Below are positions 49,772 to 58,473 of a stretch of 64,000 nt of DNA, one piece after another (position 1 is the first letter of the stretch; each line of letters begins with the position of its first letter). The translations under genes and the position numbers were made by a program. The notes under the pieces were generated by a model, which saw nothing but the letters and a program-made list of their open reading frames with translations, had not been told where the DNA came from and ran no database searches. The stretch comes from Bacteroidia bacterium (GTDB lineage Bacteria; Bacteroidota; Bacteroidia; M30B66): assembly GCA_046302715.1 (NCBI GenBank), contig JBKCHQ010000106.1, forward strand, positions 2,091-66,090, read 5' to 3'.

Positions 49772-52700
49772 GTGAGGGCTAATTTTACATCAAGAATTAA
49801 TGTTTGCATGAGATTCGGTTTTCTATTTCTTTTTATAATTGGTTTCCTAACTGCAGGAGCTCAGGAATCGCTGAATTTAAGAGAGGAGCATTTTCTTTTC
49901 CATGATGCTGCCGAGTTATTTGATGTTGCCAAGTTCGGTGCTTCACAGAACATATTTAAAAGGGTTCATGATGAGGAACATCTGAAGAAATTTTCAAAAG
50001 CAGTAAGCTCACAGTATTATTCTGCGTTATGCGCAGTTGAATTGCAAAACCCAGATGCTGAATTTTTATTGACTCAGTTTATTGCTCAACATCCCGAGAA
50101 TCCGCTTGTGTTGGATGCTTACTTTCAATTGGGTCGGTTTTTCTTTCATGATAAAAAATACAAGAAAGCTGAGCCCTGGTTTAGAATGGTGAATCCCGAC
50201 TTACTCGATGTTACTGAACAGGATGAGTATCATTTTAAAATGGGATACACTTATTTTAAAATGGACAATTATGATAGAGCCTTGTCTGAGTTTGCTGCAG
50301 TTAAGGATGGTTCGTCGGATTATGCCTCTACCGCGATTTACTACTATGGGCATATTCAATACTATCAGAAAAATTTTGAGTCGGCGCTGGAGCATTTCTC
50401 GAGGTTAAATAATGATGAAACCTTTGGCAGAATTGTTCCGCTGTATATAAGTCAGATCTACTTTTTACAAAATAAGTTTGATAAGGTAATTGACTATTCA
50501 TTGCAGGTTTTGGATACCACCAAAAGCAAGCGTAAATCAGAGATTGCGCGTTTAATCGGCGAGTCTTATTACAACACTGGAAAATATAAAGAGAGTATTC
50601 CTTATTTAGAGCGCTATCGCGACGAAAGCAAAGATCCTCGAACCCGCGAAGATGATTATCAGTTGGGTTTTTCGTATTTCAAAACCGGAGCCTATGCCAA
50701 TGCAATTCCTTGCTTTGAAAAGGCCACCGGAAACGAAGATGCTTTAGGACAGAATGCATGGTATCATTTGGGCTGGTGTCAGTTAAAAGGGGGTGATAAA
50801 AAATATGCCCGTAGTGCCTGGGCAGAAGCTGTAAAAACATCTTTTGATACATTGCTAAAAGAGCAAGCACTTTTTGATTATGCAAAGCTTGCTTACGAAC
50901 TTGGCTCAGACCCATACGATGAAGCAGTGAGGGCTCTACAGGATTACATGAATGCTTATCCCGGCAGTAAACGCATGGATGAGGCCAACTCATTTCTGGC
51001 ATCGATTTATTCTTCGACGCATAATTACCGAACGGCATTAATGTCGCTCGATAGGATAAATAACAAAAATAAAAAGCTGAAAGAAGTGTATCAGAAGGTG
51101 GCTTTTTATAGAGGAATTGAGTTGCTTAACGATAAAAGTAATACGGAGGCTACAAAACACTTTGAACTTTCTCTCAAATATCCCGAAAATAAGGAAATGG
51201 CATCTTTGGCCAATTATTGGAATGCCGAGGCACTTTATCGTTCGGGCAGTTATGCTGCAGCAGCCAAAGGATACGAGGCGTTTATTTATGGCTTAACTGC
51301 CATTAATCAAAAGAATTTTAACCGGGCCAATTATAATCTCGGATATGCATTTTTTAAGCAAAAGGACTATGCCAATGCTTTGGTTTGGTTTAGAAAATAT
51401 ACAGCCAAATACGCCCCTGAAGAGGTTAAAATAGCAGCTGATGCATTTATCAGAAGCGGCGATTGTTATTTTATGAAAAGCGATTATTCTGGTGCTGCAG
51501 ATGCCTACGAAAAGTCCATTCAACTTAAACAGCCCGGAGGCGATTATGCGCTTTACCAAAAGGGGATGGCGCAAATGGTAAGTGGTAAATCAGAAGCTCA
51601 GTTAAAAACACATCGGCAGATTATTGACGATTTCCCGAAATCGGGATATGCAGATGATGCACGATGGGAGATGGGCCGTACTCTCGAAAACCAGGCTAAT
51701 TATGAGGAGGCATATCAAATGTACAATGATATTTTGCTCCAACATGGAACTTCAGCCTATGTGCCCATGGCAAAGCTACAAATGGCAGGCATTCGCTACA
51801 ATCAAAATCGAGATGATGAGGCAAAAGCCTTATATCTCGAGGTTATTGACAATTATCCCGGAACGCCACAGTTTCGTGATGCACAAATTGGGTTAAAGCG
51901 CATTTATACAGAGAGTGGCAAAGTGCTTGAATTTCAGGATCTTGCCAAAGAGAAAGGCTTGGAGCAGTTAAAGTCGGGAACACTTGACTCAACAGCATGG
52001 GAATCGGCCGAGGCTATTTATTTTAAAGAAAATAACTGCGAAAAGTCTATCGGTCAGTTTAATTCTTACATATCTAATTTTCCAACCGGAGCGTTTATAA
52101 TCCAGGCTTTAGGGTATAGGGCCGATTGTGAAATGAAGCTGAATAAAATTGAGGATGCGGCTGCTACTTACAGGCAGATTGCAGAAAGACCTCAAAATGA
52201 ATTTTCGGCAGAAGCCGCCCTAATGTTGGGTATATATTATCGCGAAAAGGAGCAAAACGATGAGGCATTGTCGTATTTCAAGTCGCTTGAAACATTTGCC
52301 GAAAACGACAACCAGCTCATCGAGGCGCGTTCAAATGCAATGAGACTTTGTTCGGAGAAGGGAGATAATGCTCTAGCTGATGCCTATGCTCGGAAATTGC
52401 TCGAAATGGCTAAGGTCGAAGATGATGTAAAACAGGAAGCACGGTTAATCGTTGCACGTTATCACTTCAATAACGGGCGTGATGATGAGGCCATGACGGA
52501 GTTCAATAAACTGAAGAAAATAAATTCGGAGATTGGGGCGGAATCCCGTTATTATATAGCACATATTTATCACAACAAGCAGGAATACAAAAAATGTGAA
52601 AAGGCCATTTTTGACCTTGTGGATGAAATGCCTTCTTACGACTACTGGTTGGCCAAAGCATTTATTCTCCTGGCCGACAATTACCTCAAGGTAGGCAATG

Positions 52701-52906
52701 TATTTCAGGCCAAAAGCACATTACAGAGTGTGATTGACAATCATGAGGGCGAGGAGTTGCGAAACGTAGCAAAAGTTAAACTTGAAGCAATTCAACTTCA
52801 GGAAAATGGTTCGAAAAACGACGCCCCTCCACAGGACAGCGATTCGGATGAGGAACCAGACAATGCTGATGAAGATGAAAATCAGGAAGGAGGCAGTAAT
52901 GAATAA
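49772..52906 (+). CDS. large secreted tetratricopeptide-repeat protein with acidic C-terminal tail
   Basis: 1044 aa with a signal peptide and TPR-like helical repeats throughout. The C-terminus is [23 protein letters not shown]. Confidence 0.65.
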   Translation: MRANFTSRINVCMRFGFLFLFIIGFLTAGAQESLNLREEHFLFHDAAELFDVAKFGASQNIFKRVHDEEHLKKFSKAVSSQYYSALCAVELQNPDAEFLLTQFIAQHPENPLVLDAYFQLGRFFFHDKKYKKAEPWFRMVNPDLLDVTEQDEYHFKMGYTYFKMDNYDRALSEFAAVKDGSSDYASTAIYYYGHIQYYQKNFESALEHFSRLNNDETFGRIVPLYISQIYFLQNKFDKVIDYSLQVLDTTKSKRKSEIARLIGESYYNTGKYKESIPYLERYRDESKDPRTREDDYQLGFSYFKTGAYANAIPCFEKATGNEDALGQNAWYHLGWCQLKGGDKKYARSAWAEAVKTSFDTLLKEQALFDYAKLAYELGSDPYDEAVRALQDYMNAYPGSKRMDEANSFLASIYSSTHNYRTALMSLDRINNKNKKLKEVYQKVAFYRGIELLNDKSNTEATKHFELSLKYPENKEMASLANYWNAEALYRSGSYAAAAKGYEAFIYGLTAINQKNFNRANYNLGYAFFKQKDYANALVWFRKYTAKYAPEEVKIAADAFIRSGDCYFMKSDYSGAADAYEKSIQLKQPGGDYALYQKGMAQMVSGKSEAQLKTHRQIIDDFPKSGYADDARWEMGRTLENQANYEEAYQMYNDILLQHGTSAYVPMAKLQMAGIRYNQNRDDEAKALYLEVIDNYPGTPQFRDAQIGLKRIYTESGKVLEFQDLAKEKGLEQLKSGTLDSTAWESAEAIYFKENNCEKSIGQFNSYISNFPTGAFIIQALGYRADCEMKLNKIEDAAATYRQIAERPQNEFSAEAALMLGIYYREKEQNDEALSYFKSLETFAENDNQLIEARSNAMRLCSEKGDNALADAYARKLLEMAKVEDDVKQEARLIVARYHFNNGRDDEAMTEFNKLKKINSEIGAESRYYIAHIYHNKQEYKKCEKAIFDLVDEMPSYDYWLAKAFILLADNYLKVGNVFQAKSTLQSVIDNHEGEELRNVAKVKLEAIQLQENGSKNDAPPQDSDSDEEPDNADEDENQEGGSNE

Positions 52907-54578
52907 GTGTATTATAACATTTCTTATGGTTTGCCTTTGTTTAGGTGCAGGCATTACCCTAAATGCGCAACCCGGCCATACTTCTATGGACATAATTGGT
53001 TCGTACAAGCCAAAAATTCCGGATGCTCAAAAGATCAACGAACAGCCAACCATTACCGATACCGTTAAAGAAAAGCTAACGATCGAGTATGAATTGTTCA
53101 GTAGAAAGGTGAATACCGTGTATGAAGTGGATCCGATAAAGGCAGCAAACATGCGCGGTGAACTTCAGAAGAAGCTCTATCCCGGCTATTTTAAAGGAGG
53201 ATTCGGTACGTATATGAGTCCCTATGCCGAACTGTTTTACAATACCACACGTTCAAAAAAACAGGCCCTTGGATTTCATTACCGCCATTTTTCTTCCGAA
53301 AATGACTTGAAGGACTATGCCGATGGCCCATTTAGCCGCAATAGTATTGATCTTAATGGAAAAACCTTCATTAAAAAATCGGTGTTGAGCGGCAGTTTAG
53401 ATTACGACCGTAATGTGGTTCGGTATTATGGCATCCCCGAAGATTCATTAAGCACCTTGTGGAAGGATTTTGATGTTAATCCGGATGTCCTTCGTCAGCG
53501 ATATCAGCTCATTAATGCTCATGCCGAGCTCAACGATTTGTATCCGGTTGATTCGCATGCTACAAAGTTTAAAGCAGCGATTAATTTTTACAACTACAGC
53601 GCCTTAGATACAGCTCAGGAAAACAGCTTTAACACAAATGGGTTAGGTTCTTTTTATTACAAGGAGTACGATTTATTTGTTGGTGGCGATTTCTCCTATT
53701 TCAAGAATCAAAATGCATTGGGCGAATATCAGATTTCCCTCCTCACGTTAAAGCCCGGAATTCGGTTTAAGAAAGATAATTGGCGTTTGAGTGCCAATGT
53801 GGGGTTATTCTCTGCGTTTGGCGATACTAGTTTTTTCAAGGTGGTTCCAGAGCTTGATTTTGATTGGAATATTTACGAGCGCTTTATCGTTTTGAATATT
53901 GGAACCGACTCGCGCTATGAGCGCCTTTCGTATCGAAATTTAACAGAGCAAAATCCGTTTTTAGATGAAAACGTGGAACTGCGAAACACCTGGAAGCCTT
54001 TTCGCGTCTACGCTGGATTAAGAGGGGCTATTAGCTCGCGTATCGGGTATTCAATGCGTGCCAGTTATGTGCAAATTGAGAATCAGCATTATTTTGTGAA
54101 CGATACCACTTATGGTAACTGGAATAAAATGGTGGTGGTTTATGATAACCCTGGCCTGTTTGAATTTAATGGGGAGCTATTTTGGCAAAAAAGCGATAAA
54201 ATGAAACTTTCAGCCCGAGCAGATTATATGGCATATAGTGCTGATGTGCAGCAGAGACCCTGGCATATACCTTCTTTACGTATGAGTATTAACGGAGCTT
54301 ATAAAATTAAGGACAAGATTAAGTTGAATGCAGCGGTACATACCATTAATCGTCAGTTTGCTAGGGTAATAACCTCAGACTCCTTAGGAGTGCCTGTTAT
54401 TCGTCAGGAGGAACTTAAAGGAATTGTGGACGTTAATTTAGGCGCCGAGTATCGGTATTCAAAGCGCATTGGTATGTTTTTGCAGCTTAATAACGTTCTA
54501 AATAGGCGCTATTTTAGGTATATGAATTACCCGCTTCAGCGTTTTAATGCACTTGGCGGAATAACGCTAAGTTTTTAA
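52899..54578 (+). CDS. predicted outer-membrane beta-barrel protein whose start overlaps the stop of the TPR gene
   Basis: Start ATGAATAAG overlaps the TPR stop by 8 nt. Signal peptide ([24 protein letters not shown]), alternating aromatic and hydrophilic strands, and a C-terminal ...GGITLSF. Confidence 0.5.
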   Translation: MNKCIITFLMVCLCLGAGITLNAQPGHTSMDIIGSYKPKIPDAQKINEQPTITDTVKEKLTIEYELFSRKVNTVYEVDPIKAANMRGELQKKLYPGYFKGGFGTYMSPYAELFYNTTRSKKQALGFHYRHFSSENDLKDYADGPFSRNSIDLNGKTFIKKSVLSGSLDYDRNVVRYYGIPEDSLSTLWKDFDVNPDVLRQRYQLINAHAELNDLYPVDSHATKFKAAINFYNYSALDTAQENSFNTNGLGSFYYKEYDLFVGGDFSYFKNQNALGEYQISLLTLKPGIRFKKDNWRLSANVGLFSAFGDTSFFKVVPELDFDWNIYERFIVLNIGTDSRYERLSYRNLTEQNPFLDENVELRNTWKPFRVYAGLRGAISSRIGYSMRASYVQIENQHYFVNDTTYGNWNKMVVVYDNPGLFEFNGELFWQKSDKMKLSARADYMAYSADVQQRPWHIPSLRMSINGAYKIKDKIKLNAAVHTINRQFARVITSDSLGVPVIRQEELKGIVDVNLGAEYRYSKRIGMFLQLNNVLNRRYFRYMNYPLQRFNALGGITLSF

Positions 54579-55645
54579 AAGGGATTTTTAAATGCAGGTT
54601 CGTTTATGAAGGTACTATCGGTAAAGGTTTTAAGAAAAGCCACAAGGTCGGCTTTATCCTGAACCGAAAGATTTAATCCTGTGCCCACGTGCTTCATAAG
54701 CGGATCCACCGTTGCAGATGGTTTTCCGCCAGCGTTATAATGCTCAACAACCTCTTCTAAAGTGGCAAATCGACCGTCGTGCATGTAGGGTGCAGTTAGG
54801 GCGATATTTCGAAGGGTAGGTGTGAGGAATTTTCCCATATCGCTTGGATTGCCCGTAACCCCAGCTAAGCCCGGATCTGAAAAAGCCGAATCCAATCCAT
54901 TGTTATGAAATTGGTTATCTGTAAGTAGGCGCCCTGCATCAATATTATGGCAGTGAAAACAATCGCCCCGTTCGGTCATAAAAATGGAAAAGCCATTCAT
55001 TTCCTGAGGCGTTAAATTAATCTCATATCGAAGTCGCTTATCGAGGCGGGAATTATAGCTGATCAATGTGCGCATGAACTGCGCCAATGCTTTAGACACG
55101 TGGCTTGAATCGAAATCGTAAGTTCCGAAGGCTGCGTAAAATTCGTTATTGTAGTTTTTGGCATTTTTAAGTTTTGAAACGGCATCGGGCCAGGATTGAT
55201 GCATTTCAATAGGATTGGGTATTGGTTCAAGTGCTTGTTGCTCCAGTGATTCAGCTCTTCCGTCCCAAAAAAAGCGAAGGTTAAAAGCAAGATTTATAAG
55301 CGCCTGAGCGTTTCGCGTTCCCTGTATTCCATCAATTCCTACACTAAATATGTTGCCGTTGTCGCTAAACGATAAGGATTGGTTATGGCAAGAGCCGCAG
55401 GACTGTGTGTTATTGCCCGAAAGTAACGTCTCGTAAAATAGTTTTCGTCCCAAAGCAACTCCTTCTACCGTAGTAGGATTATCGGCGGGTTCCAGGGGAG
55501 CCGGAAAACCTGCAGGTCGCAATAATGTATAAGGCGTTGGATTGTAAACGGGCTTATCGTCGGGTTCGGGTTCTTCTTTTTTACATCCCAACCACAAGCC
55601 CATCAAAACGGGCAGCATCCACCAAATTTTTTGAAGCTGCATCAT
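54575..55645 (-). CDS. di-heme cytochrome c peroxidase (CCP/MauG family) lipoprotein
   Basis: Two CxxCH motifs (CGSCHN, CFHCHN), the conserved [18 protein letters not shown] segment and a lipobox (LWLGC). Confidence 0.85.
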   Translation of the reverse strand: MMQLQKIWWMLPVLMGLWLGCKKEEPEPDDKPVYNPTPYTLLRPAGFPAPLEPADNPTTVEGVALGRKLFYETLLSGNNTQSCGSCHNQSLSFSDNGNIFSVGIDGIQGTRNAQALINLAFNLRFFWDGRAESLEQQALEPIPNPIEMHQSWPDAVSKLKNAKNYNNEFYAAFGTYDFDSSHVSKALAQFMRTLISYNSRLDKRLRYEINLTPQEMNGFSIFMTERGDCFHCHNIDAGRLLTDNQFHNNGLDSAFSDPGLAGVTGNPSDMGKFLTPTLRNIALTAPYMHDGRFATLEEVVEHYNAGGKPSATVDPLMKHVGTGLNLSVQDKADLVAFLKTFTDSTFINEPAFKNPF

Positions 55646-55663
55646 CTTAATAACAAATATACA

Positions 55664-56683
55664 TTAATCCGGTTTAAAGCGTTTGTCGATTATAAACGTT
55701 GGATCTGAAAGTGCATTCAAAAAAGCAACAAGATCGGCACGTTCGGTATTGCTTAAATTTAGAGGGCGAATAAGACTGTCTTTATTGGCAAAATTGCTCC
55801 CGCCATGGTTATACGTGGCAACAACGTCTTCGAGCGTTTTAACGCTGCCATTGTGCATGTAAGGTGCTGTATAGGCGATATTGCGTAGGCTGGGCACGCT
55901 AAAAAGCCCACGGTCGTTTTCGAGCATGGTAATTCGCTGGCGACCGCTATCGGCATATTCGCTGAAGAAACCGTTGCTTTTAAACGATCGGTTGGTAAAA
56001 AGTGGAGCGGTATGACAAGAATTACAACCAGAACGCTCAGAAAAAAAAAGCTGCATGCCCCGCTTCTCAGCTTCATTTAACGCCTGTGTTGATCCGTTTA
56101 CATATTCATCATAGCGGCTATTGGCCGAAATCATACTTAGTTGGAAGCAGGCCAAGGCATGTAATAAATTGTTGCCGGTAAGACCATCGGCATATGCCTT
56201 ATTGAAAAGCTCCTGATAGGTATTGTCAGATTGTAGTCGGTTAACAATTTCAAAAAGACTATTGTCGAATTCTAGAGGGTTTTGAATGGGGTTTAAGGCG
56301 GCCAAATGAAGGCGGTTTACGCCGCCGTCTCTAAAAAAATGTTTGCCCCATGCCAGATTAAAGAGTGGTTGCGTATTTCGAAATACGGACTGGTTATTTA
56401 TTCCGGTGCTAAATTCGGCGGCATCGGCAAAGGCATATTCGACCTTATGACACGATCCGCAACTTATCGAATTGTCGGCCGATAGGCGGGTTTCATAAAA
56501 CAGTTTTTTGCCCAGAACCAACCGGCTCTCGGTAAATTCGTTTGCCAGTTCGCTTGTAACTGAAGGAAAACCCTTAGGCTGAGGTAAACCAATATAGTTT
56601 TCGTCTAATGTAGAAACGTCGTTTTGGCAAGCAGTGAAGCTAAATGCCCATAAAATAACTAACCTAGAAAACCCCCTAAGCAT
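55664..56683 (-). CDS. di-heme cytochrome c peroxidase (CCP/MauG family), second tandem paralog
   Basis: CGSCHK and CNSCHT heme motifs, PSLRNIAYTAPYMHNG segment and a lipobox (FTAC). Confidence 0.8.
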   Translation of the reverse strand: MLRGFSRLVILWAFSFTACQNDVSTLDENYIGLPQPKGFPSVTSELANEFTESRLVLGKKLFYETRLSADNSISCGSCHKVEYAFADAAEFSTGINNQSVFRNTQPLFNLAWGKHFFRDGGVNRLHLAALNPIQNPLEFDNSLFEIVNRLQSDNTYQELFNKAYADGLTGNNLLHALACFQLSMISANSRYDEYVNGSTQALNEAEKRGMQLFFSERSGCNSCHTAPLFTNRSFKSNGFFSEYADSGRQRITMLENDRGLFSVPSLRNIAYTAPYMHNGSVKTLEDVVATYNHGGSNFANKDSLIRPLNLSNTERADLVAFLNALSDPTFIIDKRFKPD

Positions 56684-56691
56684 CCTTTTCC

Positions 56692-57477
56692 TTAATTGGA
56701 TTTTATGCTTTTGCTTAGATTTCTAATTACTTTTCGCGCCAGCTCAAGATTATCGGTGGTATGTGTAAAATAATCGTTTTGCATGTTGACGGTATCGCCT
56801 GGCTGGCTAAAAATATCGTTTACCTCTAGATTAAGTTCAAGAATGGTAGTTTGATCTTTTTCGATATTGAGAGATAAGTCGCTTAGAACATTGGGGCTGT
56901 AAAGTGAATCAAGGCCGCTGTGATAAAACCAGGTAAAGGTTGGAGTTTGATTTTGGGTGGCCGAAGTATCCGTTTTGCCCTCCACTTTTGAGAAAATATA
57001 TCCGGTAGCCCATGACCAATACATGCCGTTATAAATGCTCAGCGGATGAGTTAAAGGCCATTGGGCTTCGTCGTAGTCGGGGTTATTGGTTCCGTTTAGC
57101 GTAGGGTTAAGTCCCACTGCGTAGCTCATGCGGCTGTAGGAGCCGGGTGCTACATCGAAACGGAAGTTAAGTGCGCCCGAAACAAGGTCGACAAATTCCA
57201 CATCTTCTGCTAAAATGGAGTCGTTGCCTTGATGCAGATAAATATCTGACCAATAGAACTTAAGTGTCTCAAGTAACATTCTTTTTCCGTTGGGTCCAAT
57301 AAAAAGGGAGTTGCCTTCGAGCGGAACTCCGTTCATGGTGGGTTTAAACCTAATTTCGAGTGTGCCCAGTGGCGTTTCGGGTTCGGGAAGCGGCGGGTCT
57401 TTTTTACACGAGGTAACCAGTAAAAGAAGTACAAATAAAGAGGTGAGTGATGGAATGAAAAAGAGATGCCGCTTCAT
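56692..57477 (-). CDS. lipoprotein of unknown function, possibly an MbnP-like partner of the downstream peroxidases
   Basis: Lipobox LVTSC and 261 aa, beta-rich and Trp-rich (GMYWSWATGYIF). The stop is 9 nt from the start of the first peroxidase gene. The MbnP assignment is an inference from size and context only. Confidence 0.35.
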   Translation of the reverse strand: MKRHLFFIPSLTSLFVLLLLVTSCKKDPPLPEPETPLGTLEIRFKPTMNGVPLEGNSLFIGPNGKRMLLETLKFYWSDIYLHQGNDSILAEDVEFVDLVSGALNFRFDVAPGSYSRMSYAVGLNPTLNGTNNPDYDEAQWPLTHPLSIYNGMYWSWATGYIFSKVEGKTDTSATQNQTPTFTWFYHSGLDSLYSPNVLSDLSLNIEKDQTTILELNLEVNDIFSQPGDTVNMQNDYFTHTTDNLELARKVIRNLSKSIKSN

Positions 57478-57575
57478 GATAAGCTATGTGTTTAATGGCT
57501 AGGTAAAGATATTACAAAGGAGAATTGAAATGTACACTTGACAGGCCATGAAAATTTTGTAGGTTTGCAGCCCGT

Positions 57576-57650
57576 TCGGGATGTGGCTCAGCCCGGTTAG
57601 AGTGCTCGTCTGGGGGGCGAGAGGTCGCGGGTTCAAATCCCGCCATCCCG
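57576..57650 (+). tRNA. tRNA-Pro (anticodon GGG), CCA not encoded
   Basis: Cloverleaf read by hand: acceptor CGGGATG/CATCCCG, D-stem GCTC, anticodon stem CTCGT/GCGAG with loop CTGGGGG, T-arm GCGGG-TTCAAAT-CCCGC, discriminator A. Confidence 0.8.
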
Positions 57651-57652
57651 AC

Positions 57653-57700
57653 TAAATCCGCTTAAATTCAATTGGTTTAGGCGGATTTTATTTTTTTTTA
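57653..57700 (+). terminator. rho-independent terminator after tRNA-Pro
   Basis: 13-bp stem AAATCCGCTTAAA/TTTAGGCGGATTT (one G-U pair) with a 9-nt loop, followed by a T-run of about 12. Confidence 0.65.
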
Positions 57701-57765
57701 TTTGAGGGGTTTTACTCCGTTTTTTATGGGACATTTTTTAGTTTTGCGCTGTAAAATCCAAATTC

Positions 57766-58473
57766 ATGGGACGTATTTTTGAAAAACGCAAGCACAAGAT
57801 GTTTGCACGCTACGATAGGATGGCTAAAACATTTACACGCATTGGTAAGGAAATAGCCATTGCTGTAAAGCAGGGTGGTCCCGATCCCGATGGAAATCCA
57901 CGTTTGCGTGCAGCCATGCGTAATGCCAAGGCCATTAACATGCCCAAAGATCGTATTGAAGCGGCGGTAAAACGCGCGCACGACAAAGGAGCAGGCGATT
58001 TTTCGGAAGTGGTGTACGAAGGATATTTGCCGCATGGAGTGGCCGTGTTAATTGAAACTGCCACCGACAATCCCACCCGTACGGTTGCTAATGTGCGGAT
58101 GTACCTAACCCGTGGTGGCGGTTCTTTGGGTAAAACAGGTTCGCTCGATTTTATTTTTGAGCGTAAGGCATTGTTCAAGCTCAATGCAGAGGGCCTTGAT
58201 CTCGAAGAACTGGAGTTGGAGCTTATTGACCATGGCCTTGAAGAGATAAACCTCGATGAGGGTTTGATATATATCTACACAGCATTCACCGATTATCATA
58301 AGATGCAAACAGAACTCGAACGACGTAATTTAAGTATTGCAGGCTCAGAGTTGGTGCGAATATCCTTAACCACGGTAGAATTGAATGCAGAGCAGGAAGA
58401 GGAGATTAACGAGCTGGTGGAAAAAATTGAGGAGGATGACGACGTGCAGCAGGTTTTTGTGAATGTGAAGTAG
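57766..58473 (+). CDS. yebC: YebC/PmpR family DNA-binding transcriptional regulator
   Basis: The N-terminus MGRIFEKRKHKMFARYDRMAKTFTRIGKEI is the canonical start of the YebC family. 235 aa. Confidence 0.9.
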   Translation: MGRIFEKRKHKMFARYDRMAKTFTRIGKEIAIAVKQGGPDPDGNPRLRAAMRNAKAINMPKDRIEAAVKRAHDKGAGDFSEVVYEGYLPHGVAVLIETATDNPTRTVANVRMYLTRGGGSLGKTGSLDFIFERKALFKLNAEGLDLEELELELIDHGLEEINLDEGLIYIYTAFTDYHKMQTELERRNLSIAGSELVRISLTTVELNAEQEEEINELVEKIEEDDDVQQVFVNVK

